From Lepidodermella squamata (lineage: Eukaryota; Animalia; Gastrotricha): a stretch of DNA of 64,000 nucleotides. Both the position numbers and the translations under genes were made by a program. This document shows positions 39,686 through 52,006 of this stretch, one piece after another (position 1 is the stretch's first letter; the number at the start of each line of letters is the position of its first letter). The DNA is taken from NCBI GenBank assembly GCA_047495785.1, contig JBLDXI010000013.1, forward strand, positions 1,860,001 through 1,924,000. Direction: 5' to 3'. Below the pieces are notes generated by a model that did no database searches, had not been told where the DNA came from, and saw nothing but the letters and a program-made list of their open reading frames with translations.

Positions 39686-42600
39686 TCACCGCCGACCGGC
39701 CGCGACGGCAGTGGCAACCGGCGCCCTGACCGATGGGTTTTGCGAGTGGTCCCGCGGCGAGTCGCGAGACGGATGATCGTCCATCTTCGCCACGTTTTCC
39801 AACGGCTTCTGAATGTGTTTGAACTTGCAGTAGTGTTGCCGCGGGCAGTCGCCTGACTCGTAAAAGTAGCGACAAACACCGAACGGGACTTTGCTAGGAA
39901 TACCTATAGCATTGCCAGACATTAGACCAGATCGAAATAAGCTAGTTTGACCAGGCTTACCAGCAGGAAATCGCATGGAGACGGGCTGCCGTCTCGAGTC
40001 GAAGTTTTGTTGATATTCGCCACGCTGTTGCGGCGGCTGGTCCGGGGTTGGCAGTAAAGCGGGGCCGGACGACGACCCGACAGGCACTATGGTAGGTGGC
40101 GAGTTTGACGAGGGCGGTTGCGAAGATGCCGGGGCAGAGGCGACTGGTGCAACCGGAGGCGGAAAGGGGACTGAACCTGGGAACGGCGGGATCACAGATT
40201 GAGAGGCCGGGTCGAGACCCGGTGGCGGTGGGAACGGCATTCCGGGCGGAAACGGGAACGGCGGGAAAGGCATGCCGGGTGGTGGGGGGAACGGCGGTGG
40301 CGGCATGGGCGGTAGAGATCCGTCCGGGCCTGGCGGCATCGGTGGGAACGGCATGTTCGGGTCGAATGGCGGGAAAAACGGTGGCGGTGGAATTGGCACG
40401 CCGTCCGGGCCAGGCATTGGGAACATACCAGGCGGAGGGGGTGGAATCGCTAAAATTTAAATAAAATTCAAAAAATTGATTACATTGAAACACAAAAAAT
40501 TACCAGGCGCAACAACTGGGGTTGAATCAACGGATTGAGGAGGGGTGGCAGCAGGGTTTCCGCTAGAGATTGCGGCTAACACAGAAGAAAGCGGCCCGGG
40601 TAGCGTCACAGCCGAAGGAGCGGAGGTTTGCTGATAAGTTGGCGACATTGCGTCCGGAATATCCGGCGCAACTTCCAGTGGAATCGGCTTTGTCACAACC
40701 GCCGATTCACTGAACATGTCCGAGGCGTTAGGTTCAGCCGGCGAATCTGGAATGTCTCGCCGGATGAAGTAGACAACCTCTAGGACCCGCAACTGGTGAT
40801 CAGCCTGCGTGTATTTCTCCTTAGACTCCGTGCCTTTTTGACTGAAAATATTCGCGATGTTCTCGGGTAAATCGACCGGAATCAACCGCCTCCAAACCGG
40901 AGCGCCTGGTGAGGACGATCCGGGTGAGTAACCGGGAGATGTTCGAGATGATAATAGAGAAGACGAAGTAGTATACGGCATACCGCCGTCGATATCCTCC
41001 TGTTCTTGCATCGCTAGTTGCTGATCGACTTGTTTCGCCTTTTGCAACGCGCTCCTGTCCATTTGCATCTCGGCCTTCTTCATCGCATCACCGTGCTGCC
41101 GGCCATGCATGATCGGCTCGTGTTCAACCTCGAAATACTTGATTTTTCGCAGTTCGGCATCCGAATCCGGCCACCAGACTTTTTTCTTGCCTGATTTCGA
41201 GGGGCCTGATGGCGAGGCCGAGTGAGGGGGTGTCGCATCGCCTGCTGATGGGTCGATTGGGGGTGTTGCGGTTCGAGTTGCGGTCGAGGCGATATCGGTT
41301 AGTGGCACGGGCGCAGGGCGCTTTTTCCGCCTGATCAACCCGCTTCCGCCGGTTGGACTGGTCGCCATGCTAGCGGCCATTGATTGAGCAGCTTGAGTTG
41401 CACTGATGACTCCGATTGCAGGCGGGGGGACTCGAGGGGCACTGAGGGCGTCCATGAAACCGGACGATTCTCGGTATTCGACAACTTTTGGTGGCGGAGC
41501 TGGTTTTTTTGCTGGGGGCGGGACGGCAGCGCCGTTCATGTGGGAATTCATGGCTTCGAAGACGTTGCCAGTCGTGGTTTTCGGGCGTTTTGTTGCATTT
41601 GCATCCTCTTGAGCACTGTAAATTGAGAAAAAAACAGGTTAACTATCGGATTTGGTAATATTATCGAAAAAAATACGCGCGCATGTAGTCGCAATACAAT
41701 AGCCTCATTTGAACACACATAACAGATAAGACAGATAATTTTTCGACGTGAAGGAAGATTTTTTCGCGAAATTTCACTTCGCTGCTTGGAAAAAGACGAT
41801 AATTCAGCCAATTTTTCAACAGACACGTGTTTCTTCCTCGATGACGCACGATCTTCTAAAAAGTGGTTCTCCATGTTTGTACACGATGTAATCTCGAACA
41901 TCTGAAGTCGAAGCCCATTTAAAGCCGTTTCATTTTACAGAAATTTGATATTTCGTGAGGCAAATCGGTGAAAACTTCGAATTTTCAAGGCCTCCCTCAA
42001 TATCAAGAGAATTTACTGTGATCTGACCGCGTTCACACTAAATTTGGGGTAATTTAAGAGAAAGATTGCTTCTTAACTGATATCGTATTTGCCTTACTTC
42101 GAAGCGAATTTCATCAAATAATAATAATAATATTATTATTAAAAAAATAAATACTAATAATATTGCCAGTACTAAATGTATCCAACTATCAATAATTCTC
42201 ATCTAAATGCCCCAAAAAATTAAAATGAATCATTATTGCCAAATTGTAAGGAAAATAAAATGTCTACCTAAAAAAATTAAAAAATATACGGTGAGCAGCA
42301 GCCCGAATGGCTGAAACCAGAAAAAATGTAACCTACGAGAAAATGACCCTAAACCGCAAATAAAAAACTTTACTAACTTTACGCTATAGCTCAATTCTTG
42401 AAGAGAGCAGTAAAAAATTATGCTTAAATTATTTAAATTCCACCCATTTTACCACTCAATTGAGAAGCCTACGGCACCCGATTGCTCACCACTGAGAATT
42501 ACTGTCAAAGTATCATGCTATTTGGTCCTCAACTGGCTTGTATATTCATTTCCCAAGCATGACTTGAGTGGTATTATTCAAGCCTCAATAAATCTCCACC

Positions 42601-44023
42601 ACCCTGTTCATCAGCTTGGCGTTTGTAGTAATCCAAGAATTCCAAATTCTTAAACAACCAATTCCCGTGTTAAAATAGCATGGGAAGCAAGAACGGGGCT
42701 TGCAGTTGCGGCGAAAATCGTGCGTGAAACGGAATCCTTTCCCTGTACAAGACATTAGTGTAAAAGTTATCAGCAAAACGTGAATTGCTTCCGAATCAGT
42801 CGTGTCGGCTCGACGTTAATCCCAAATAATTGACTGGCCACACTGCATGAAACTTTGCTGACCTAAAACGCAAACTTTCTGCTTCACCTGATAACTGCTG
42901 CTGGAACTTGAGTCTGTGTCAGCTCGTACGAATGCATTTGAAAGACCATCGACGTTCAAACGAGAGTGCGTTAAGAAATTAATTAAAATTCATTAGAAAT
43001 GCGAGAAAATACATCAGATTGAGCGCGAGTATCATCACAAACAAATGAGGCATATTGAAAGCGACGAAGTATATAAATCTTTCTGTTTCATAGCAATAAA
43101 AGAGCGCCGCGATTACAGTTGTTGGAGCATAGAACGAACGCTACTAACTTGGTCCTCTTAGCCGGTGCACTAGGCTGCGGCTCAAGGCCAGTCGACCGGA
43201 ATTTGGTCGGATGCGTTTTGACTGTTGCGGCTTTGGACTTCTGCTGGTTGTTCGACGGTTGAGTTATCGACAGGGGAACGATCGGTTTGCTGATTGTGTC
43301 GACGGCGTCTTGCATGTCGTCGATCACGTTCGAGTTCGAGCTGGAGTCCTCGTCCATTTTCGAAGACGTAACTGAAGAAGTCACAGGCTTGGGTTTCGGC
43401 TTTGCTGGAACAGTTGCCGCGATTTGCTTCTTCCAAGCTTGGCAAATAGACAAACTGACTTTCGCTACTTCGGCGTACCCTGAACGTAAAATAAACACGC
43501 AAATGAAGTTAGATATTACTGTCATCAATCATTGAGATAAACGCACGTTTGTCAGTGTTTTTCGCGAGTTTGGCGAGGACTTTCGCAGTTGGTGTTGATT
43601 TCAGCACATCGACGTCGACTGGAAGAATCGAAAAGACACCGAGGAGCTCCAAAATCAGAGCTAGATTTTCATCGTGTATCGATTCGTCGAGCCAATTCGA
43701 TAGAATTGACCAGCCTTCACTGGTTATTAGTCTAAAAAGATCAGAATAGTAATCATTCGGTAATTACATGAATAAACAAACTTTTTCAAAATATCCTTAT
43801 TCCTTGTGGAAGAAATGATCAACAGGTAGACGCATCGGCTCGCCATTTTTGTAGCATTGTCCCTCATGAAACTGAACATAAAAAAACATGTTTGAACAGT
43901 GAAATCGAAAAAAATTAGTGTAACCAACCCGACAATGCGCTGTACGTGTGACAGCTCTTTGATTCCGCCATTCGAATCGAGCATAGGGCTAATAGCCTCT
44001 AGCACGTTCTTCGGATCGACCAT
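39686..44023 (-). CDS. PPP1R10: PNUTS, PP1 regulatory subunit 10 (TFIIS-N domain, RVxF-type motif, Pro-rich region, CCCH finger); one long intron at about 41617-43148
   Basis: MVDPKNVLEAISPMLDSNGGIK; KFRSTGLE; SGFMDAL; KKKVWW (PP1 docking); CRYFYESGDCPRQHYCKFKH. Confidence 0.88.
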
Positions 44024-47000
44024 TAGAATAATTACTTTCACTCAATCACTTATTTTAAAAATTCTAAAGCAATGAAGACAATTAGTTACAAGTCAGCTCT
44101 AGAACCTTATCAATTGCGAATCACTTCACGACGCTTCACTCCAAAATACTGCTTCCGAAATAACCGAAGTTAAAATTGGCAAGGTAAATAATTCAGAAGC
44201 GGGACCCCAAGTGAAGGCCTCAATATTTACAAAACACATAAAAATGAGCCATAACCGAATTTACAAGTCAGGCTCGAGAAATGAGGCTACGAGTGCCACC
44301 ATTTTCCTCATTTTCCCAGGTTCGGGAGAACCACTGAACTATCGAGTGACCCCACAAGGGCGAAGAATGTTGTACGACTGTAATTGGTATCCAGCTTAAA
44401 AATGTGTACCTGTCACTTATCTCGCAACTAATAGCTTCTCCACTGTTATGCACTTTCCACGTTACAAAAAGCTCTCTAACGTTCGTGAGATATCGTGAGT
44501 ATGGTCGCATGATCCTTAGATTGTCTGTGACCTCAATCGAAAGCGTGTTCTGTGGAGAGCAGACGTGGATGAATCCCTAGCATTCAAAAGGTACAACAAT
44601 GTTGAAGTAGATGGCCATACAAGGGTGGCTGCGCTTAAATTGGGACATCCACTTACTAGCTCGTAGGAGTTGCGAAGCCCTCATCTAAACAAATGGAGCC
44701 CAAATTTAATAATCAATGGTTCAGGAGGTTAGAGAGCTTCTCGGTATTATTTGGCGCACACAATAACGCTAAAAATAAATCGCAATGACTGCCGAATAAT
44801 CAATACATCAGTACTGGAGGAACGAGCGTTCATGAGACAGGTAATGATATCCGCTAGGTAATACTACTTCACTGTCATGGTTTATCATAACGGTTAGCAT
44901 TCAATTTTTCGAATGGTTGTCGTGATGATTCATCGATGAATCATCAATGAATCATCAATGTCCAAGAAAAAGAGCTACGCAGCGAATGAATAAATGAAGT
45001 CACCACCAACAAGCCCACATATTCGGAGTCCTGCAAGGCTTAGCATGAATTTGAAGGCTTGGCGACATGAAGCGCAGCTGCGACAATCGGGCATGCTATT
45101 TCTTCTGTTGCGTAACTGCAGTCTTTCTCAACAACTTCCGGCAACATTCTCGAGTTTAAGGTTTCAGGATTTCTTGATGCTTGATCGTAGCAATAAACAA
45201 CACGCACATCTTGCAATTTTATTTGAACACTGCGTGAAAGTTGGTAACCCTTTAATATCAACAAAATACACATTTTACCGCTCGCTTATCAAAATCGGAC
45301 TTCTCCTTGATGACGCTTGGCAAGTTCAAGTCAAATTCTTATCATTTCGTCAAGTAAATGCAAAAATGTAAAATACCTAGAAAAAATACAAAGGCGAATG
45401 AAACAGCGAGTCAAGTATTGATAGAGCCGGACATCGGCATTTCGATAGAAGCCAGTAGGCGAGATACTAGGGAAACGATTGCAAGACCGTGATAATCTAA
45501 TGCGCCTGAGTTAATCAGGGCAACGCCTAAATATTTAGTCACAGAACAAACTAATCGCAGTTCAAGTCTAAAATTGACCCGCGATGAAATGCCCTGATTA
45601 TTGTAGTCGGGACCCGGTCATATAAACTGAGCGTGCGGGTTGATTCTGTAACAAACGCTGCATGGAATTTAGATTGTTGCCCAAAAAGCAGTTGGCTATC
45701 AATCATCACCACGACTTAATTACTACTAAAAATAGTAGAGCTTTACATTTCACCTGCCTACCGTCTAAATGTCAAAAAGATAATACTAGGCGGAGTAGAT
45801 ATTTACCTAATTTATGCATCAAATGTAGCCCCCTCTCTCAGGGATCTCAGTAACAAGTTAGCATGCACGCGGAAGCGGAATGTTAGCTTAGATGAATTAC
45901 AAGCTCCCCTTGATCCGAAGCCCGAATCACGAATCAGCCATACGCCATAGCACTTTCAAGGGAGCACATCGCTTGCCGTATAATCACCTTTGATACATAC
46001 CTGCTAAATAGAATGCAGAATGCAAATCTCACAAACTTCTCGACTTCGTGGTTGTGGTTGTTACTAGTGTCTGCTAATCTGCAAAATAAATAAGCGAAAT
46101 GCTGCTGGCAGCTGACACTGAGGCGTAATTTTTATTCAAATACAGCCCAACAGACCCAATGGTTGTCGCCGATGTCCAAAATCGTTCATAGAAGACACTT
46201 ACCTCCAGGCATCATAACGAGATCAATTTTCAGCAGCTGTAACCCATTAAGGAGCCATAAGGTTGCATATGATGTACTCTTGAAACGTGAAAAAGATGAA
46301 AACTTGGATAGATAAATGGTAGCTAGTTGCTAGGTTGAGCCTAGCATAGATACGGGATACGGTATTCGAACAGTATTAATTTCAAACTTGAACAAAATTA
46401 TGCAGTTCATGGCCATATCATTACAGTATCTGCGAAACTCTCATTGCTAGTAAATTGATTGATAAGCGAGAGCGTTAGATTATTTCAGAGCAGTTTCAAG
46501 TTCAGGTAAGCACCATGATTTATTCAGAAAACCTGAGAAACTGCCGTCACACTGACACGCTGCTAGATTGCAAATTCCACGAGGTTATAGCGGATGAACT
46601 AAACAGCCATCGGCTCAGATTGACAGCCGGTACCTAATAAACGAATCAGCAATCAGGCAACAGGATTCCGGAAACAAAGAACACAGGGAACTTGTGACTC
46701 GCGGAGTTAACCTGGCCAAACCAAACTTCGAGTAACCAGAAAACAAAGAAACTGCACGAACATGGAAAAATGCAGTAAACAAATCGAGAACAAAGGACTT
46801 TTTTCACCGAAAAAAAATATTTTATTATCAAACCAACATTTTTATTGAAAATTATTCAAGATGAATTTTAGATAATTAATTTTTGAATTTGGATTTTTGC
46901 GGGAAATTTGGGAAAAATCGATGATAAAGTTGGGTACATTGGCATTGGCTCAGCTGATCAGGTTCAGGCTCCTGATGTCCTGTGTCCCGGAACCTGGAAG

Positions 47001-47436
47001 CTCTAAACGTTTATGTGTAACATCTGAGATATATGAGATCTATGAAGTAGCCCTCGAAATTCTGATATCTTCTGATTCTTATATGCCTTCACGCTACAAG
47101 GATCAGCGTTGACTGTGTTATATCAGTGGATTTGGTTCGAGCCTACGATTATGATGCCTGAAGACTTCTATGCCAAATATTAACACCGGCTGCTTTCACT
47201 TGAAATAGTTAACGTCCTGTGGGGGATCAATATTCAATAATCTTTCTCTGTCAATACTCGTCCGGTAATAAAATGGAGGCCGCAAGGGCACTCCAGAGAA
47301 GAATGCTTGGAACTTCTGTAGCTTTCATACCTCATACCACAAAACCACATCGTCCAGACGACTAAATATTGCTATATAATTTAGCTGCCTCCTGAAGGAT
47401 ACATTTTCCACTTCTAATTTTTCTTAGGACTAAATC

Positions 47437-48165
47437 ATGGATGAAGACTTTGCTTCGTCTTCTGTGTCCCGAATGCGAGGGCTCGTAGTGGTCAAACCAG
47501 TTGTTTATGGAAATGTTGCCAAGTACTTCGGTAAGAAGCGAGACGAAGACAATCATACCCATCAGTGGACAGTGTATGTCAAGCCTTTCTATAACGAAGA
47601 CATGTCACAATACGTGAAGAAAGTAACTTTCAAATTGCACGATAGTTACTCTGAGTGCCTTCGTGTAGTTACGACACCTCCTTACGAAGTAACGGAAACT
47701 GGATGGGGCGAATTTGAAATCCAAATTAAAATTCACTTTCACGATATGAATGAGAAGCCTGTGGCCTTGTATCACATGCTGAAACTATTTCAATCCGAAG
47801 CGAATTTGTATCTAACCGATCGAAATCTCATATCCGAGTATTACGATGAGCTAGTTTTCTACGAGCCATCGTCGTTAATGTATCAGCTACTGCAAAATCC
47901 GAAGCCAATCACGTACGGAAGTTATCGCCATGACACCGATTTTGTATCTCTTGCCGGCCATCAGCTGGATGCTATTCGCCAAGCTCAGACGAAGGCAACT
48001 GAGGAGACAGCTCAGCTAACCCAGAAGATAAAGAAAAGACACGAAGAAATTTTGCGGATTCGAGAGCACATCAATCGCGTTAAGCGTTCAAAGGAACAGG
48101 AGCAACTCCGCCTCCAACCTGTCACAGCTTCTGCGCCTGAAGCGCTGATCTCCGCAAATCAGTGA
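47437..48165 (+). CDS. YEATS4: YEATS domain protein 4 (GAS41), intronless
   Basis: [39 protein letters not shown]; C-terminal coiled coil. Confidence 0.95.
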   Translation: MDEDFASSSVSRMRGLVVVKPVVYGNVAKYFGKKRDEDNHTHQWTVYVKPFYNEDMSQYVKKVTFKLHDSYSECLRVVTTPPYEVTETGWGEFEIQIKIHFHDMNEKPVALYHMLKLFQSEANLYLTDRNLISEYYDELVFYEPSSLMYQLLQNPKPITYGSYRHDTDFVSLAGHQLDAIRQAQTKATEETAQLTQKIKKRHEEILRIREHINRVKRSKEQEQLRLQPVTASAPEALISANQ

Positions 48166-48265
48166 AATCTGATTTTTCTTTCTTTACTCTGCCGCTCACA
48201 TTAAAAATATTGATTTAATCAGTTTATTTCATTTCCTTTATTAGGTTGTTGTGGTATTTAGTAAA

Positions 48266-51200
48266 ATGCCAAGCGAAAATGAAGAAAAGGCTGACTCGAG
48301 AACTAACAAAGCTGTATCGGCCGTGGCTGAACCAATCGTTTTTATGACCTTGATTAAAAGTGGAGAGACAAATGATTCTACACTGGAACCGGATATGGCA
48401 GTTAAGATTGAAGAAGTTTTCAAACCCGATAATAAACCACTCGATCCGAGAGAGCCTCGCTCCATTTCCAACGTAATGATGCAACGAAATTGCATCGCAA
48501 CATCGATGGCTGTTAACGATCGAATGATTGTCGTCGGATCTTCAACTGGATTGGTCATACTTTCGGATCCGTTAGGAAACGTTGACCACAAGAACAATAT
48601 TTTTCACCATCACGCGAGAAATGTTATCGCACTTGACATCGACATATCAGGGGAATTTGTTGCCTCTGGCGGAGATGACGGGCGCGTGGTGGTTCTTGAC
48701 CTTGCGCTATCAGCTAGTTCTAAAGACCCGAAATTCATGCAGCTAACGCATGATCGACCGGTTCGAGCTGTTGCGTTGGACCCGGATTTCAGTCGCTTGA
48801 AAGATAAGCGGCTACTAGTCGCTTGCGGCGGACGTGTGTTAATGTATACACATCGGAAAGCTTCATTATTTTCATCAAGCGAGCCACAAATCTTAGCCCT
48901 CGTTGATAATGTTATCCTTATCCTGAAACTAGCGTGGCACCCCGCTACAACTAACGGGAGTACGCCCCTCGTCGCTTGGGCGAACGAAAGGGGTGATGTT
49001 ACGTTGTATGATGAAAAGCGGCGAATTAATGCTGGCTTGATTCGGCCCGAGCCGAGTCAGATAGTCGCAGCCACTTCTCAGTCGAACAAAGTTAGCGCTT
49101 CTTTCACTCGAGTGTCATTGTCTTGGCTGCCTCAGTTGGACTCGTCTGGGGCTAGTTCGATTCTAGTTGTTTGCGGTTCTTTGCTGCGAGTTTTTCGCAT
49201 AACTGGCGGTGACGAAGCACGCGGGTCGGATATAGTGACGCCACGTGTTGTTCATTGCATATACCGGTTTCAGCTCGACGCCGAAATTTGTCTAGACGCA
49301 AGTATTGCCTCGGTGGGAACACCTGCGAGCCTTAATTACGCAGCATGCTGCATACGCCCTAAAGAGGCCGATGATTCATACGAACTCGCGTTGTGTAGCA
49401 TTGGCGATTATCAAAGCGGGAAACCTTCCGGCGTAAACAGCGGCTCAAACTACCGGTTCCCAACTGGCGGTCAGGAATTAGTCACATTAGCTAGTTTACC
49501 ATTTGATCAGCAAACTTACGCCCTGGCTAAAAATGGCCTTTTATTCGCCATTAAATTGAGCGCAATTGACAGCGAAATTTTGACGGATTACGTTGATTAT
49601 TTGTTGAAAATTGGCGATGCAACTAGCGCAGCTGCTCAATTACCCCTTATTTTTGACAACAAAAAAGCGAAATCTAACAGAAATAGTCGCATTTCGTGGG
49701 AAGATTGGCTTGAAACTTTCGATAGATTGAACCAAATTCCAGCAGTCGCAAAATATTTGCCTGTGAGTCTACCACAAAATGGGTCTAATGCAAATCTTCC
49801 GTCGAAGGAAAAATACAACATGGTTCTAGATCGATTGTTGAAGCATTCGCCTAGTCAATTTGAAGAATTGTTATCGCGACTTTCGCCCGATCTTTATTCG
49901 AGCGATGCCGTTTTGCAAATTGTGTCAGAAAAATTGGTTACCGATCCGAGAAATCGTCACCTTCTCGCATCTCTAGCATTTTTATGTTGTTCCCGCCGCG
50001 AATTCGACCGAGCAATCAATTTACTGCTTGATTTGAAGCACGAATTGCTTTTCAAAGTTGTTGAAGAAAACTCGTTGTATCACTTGTTGCAGAAACGAGT
50101 GAATGAATTCGTCGCTTGCGGGTCGAACCCAGACCAGGTTGTGAAAATTCTTGTAACGCACATCGATAAATTCCCGTCAAATTCCGTGATTTCCCAATTG
50201 AAATCGGCGTTTAAATCAAACAAATCGTCTGCAGCTGCTTTATTTTCTTACCTAAAACGGATGAACGCTGACCATCCTGATGAACTGAAAATCGAAGACT
50301 GCGATTTGCTGGTCACTCTTTATGCAGATTTAGACCCGCAAAACCTGCTGACTTTCCTCCGCTCGACCGATAATTACCGGTTAGAAAACGCGTTAGCCGA
50401 GTGTCGAAAACGCAATTTACCCCACGAATGTGTTTACCTGCTTGGAAAAGGCGGTAAAATGCTCGAAGCGATTGATGTGATAATCAAGGAGATCGGCTCG
50501 ATTGAAAAAGCTGTCGAATTCTGCCGTGAGAAGGGCGGCTCGTCCGATCGCGATTTGTGGATGGTTCTAGCCGAGCGAGTTGTTACCCATCGACCGAATC
50601 TGGTCGCTGAATTGCTGCGGCTAACCGGGACTGAATTACTGGACCCAGGCGAGGTGATCAAGCTGATCCCTGCTGCTAGTGGTCGGTTGGTCCCAGGGTT
50701 GAGGCAAGCTCTTGAAGGAAGCCTGGCTGATTCAGATCGGCAACTTACTTTGCTGTCTTCTGCGAAAAATGGTAATTTGATAATTTGAAAATTATTTGGA
50801 AATTATTGTTGGTAAATTTAGTTGTCAGCCACGACTTGAGCCAGGTCTTCAAGCAGATCACAATGTCGGCATTTTCGGCTACTGTCATCGTGGATGATCG
50901 GTAATATTCGCGAATCTAATTAGCCCTTTTATTAAATTTCAATAATTGGCCGAAAAATAATTTGCTGACTAAGTTTAGATCTAGCAGAAACTCATTAGGC
51001 AGAGAAAGATGACATACAGTGAATGTTGTCTAAATCTGACCAAGGTCGTGCCAGGCAAAATGGTCCGGTTTGGCGATAGTTCGGTCAAGAAATTCAAGAT
51101 TTTACTCATTTCACAGCCTGTATATCATTTCGGGAATAAAATTCATAAAATATTTTATAAATAATCGAAAAATATGGAAGTACCTTTCCTAGGAGGCCTA

Positions 51201-52006
51201 AAACGGACTCCCAAAATCGGTCTGTTTTAGACCACCATTGACCGTAGAATTGAAATGATAAGTCCACACTCGAGCCATCCAAAATCGAGACAACTTTCAC
51301 TGTATCCTGGGGAATTTCTTGAGAGCAAGAATATTTCAGCCATTGGGTATAATAGACATGCCTAACCTCGTTTAAGATCGATTTTTCCAAGCTGTCTCGT
51401 TTTTTTACTACTTCTTGGGCCGTATTCTTAGTACTCGAGTAGGTTGTATACGTTATAATTCTGATGACTCTACCTTGACTGGTCCTCGTGGCCCAATGGC
51501 AAGGCGTCGGTCTCCTAAACCGAAGATTGCGGGTTCGAATCCCGCCGGGGATATACATTTTTCCGATTTTATTTCGAATAGCTGCTGTCTTGGTCGAATC
51601 TAAGGACAAAATCGCCGATTTTATTCACCTTTATTTTAGGCAAACAAATTTATATTTTATTTTTATTTTTATCAGAGCGCCGTGTCAGGAGTGCCATGAA
51701 CCACTATCGAACGTCAATTCAGTTTCAATGCGTCTCATTGTTTTCACTTGCCGTCACGCCTTCCACTACGCCTGTCTTACGAACCCTGACGATGCTAATT
51801 GCCCTGTTTGCGGCCGGTTGAAAGAGCGCACGAATATTGGTGCGAAAAGCGAGTCATCGGGCGATTTTCTCGGCTCGATGCACCGCCAGGCGGCGAATTC
51901 ACTGCAGGCATCGAACGCAAACATGAGCCATTCTAGCTCAAGCCACAGTCTTCCATTCGGCAATTTGATAAGTCTCGCCAAATCTGCTGTCCGTGAAATG
52001 ACTTGA
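48266..52006 (+). CDS. VPS41: VPS41-like HOPS subunit (WD40 + clathrin repeat + RING-H2); exons 48266-50771, 50822-50900, 51676-52006
   Basis: GEFVASGGDDGRV, RPVRAVALDPDF, LLTFLRSTDNYRLENALAEC, C-terminal CQEC...FTCRHAFHYAC...CPVC. Confidence 0.8.
51482..51553 (+). tRNA. tRNA-Arg (anticodon CCU) inside VPS41 intron 2
   Basis: Full cloverleaf: acceptor GTCCTCG/CGGGGAT, anticodon arm TCGGT-CTCCTAA-ACCGA, T arm GCGGG-TTCGAAT-CCCGC. Confidence 0.9.
51558..51562 (+). terminator. Pol III terminator (T5) of the tRNA gene
   Basis: TTTTT 4 nt after the discriminator base. Confidence 0.6.

Noticed and set aside
39957-40493. Several overlapping ORFs on both strands
   Set aside because: Shadow frames of the GC-rich poly-Pro PNUTS exon.
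44400-47350. 3-kb spacer between PNUTS and YEATS4 with short ORFs
   Set aside because: No recognisable protein motif, consistent exon chain or RNA gene. It may hold UTR exons or decayed elements, but I cannot support a call.
51106-51609. 167-aa minus-strand ORF and overlapping plus-strand ORFs
   Set aside because: Translations of the tRNA and VPS41 intron; only the part from 51676 is real coding sequence (RING exon).
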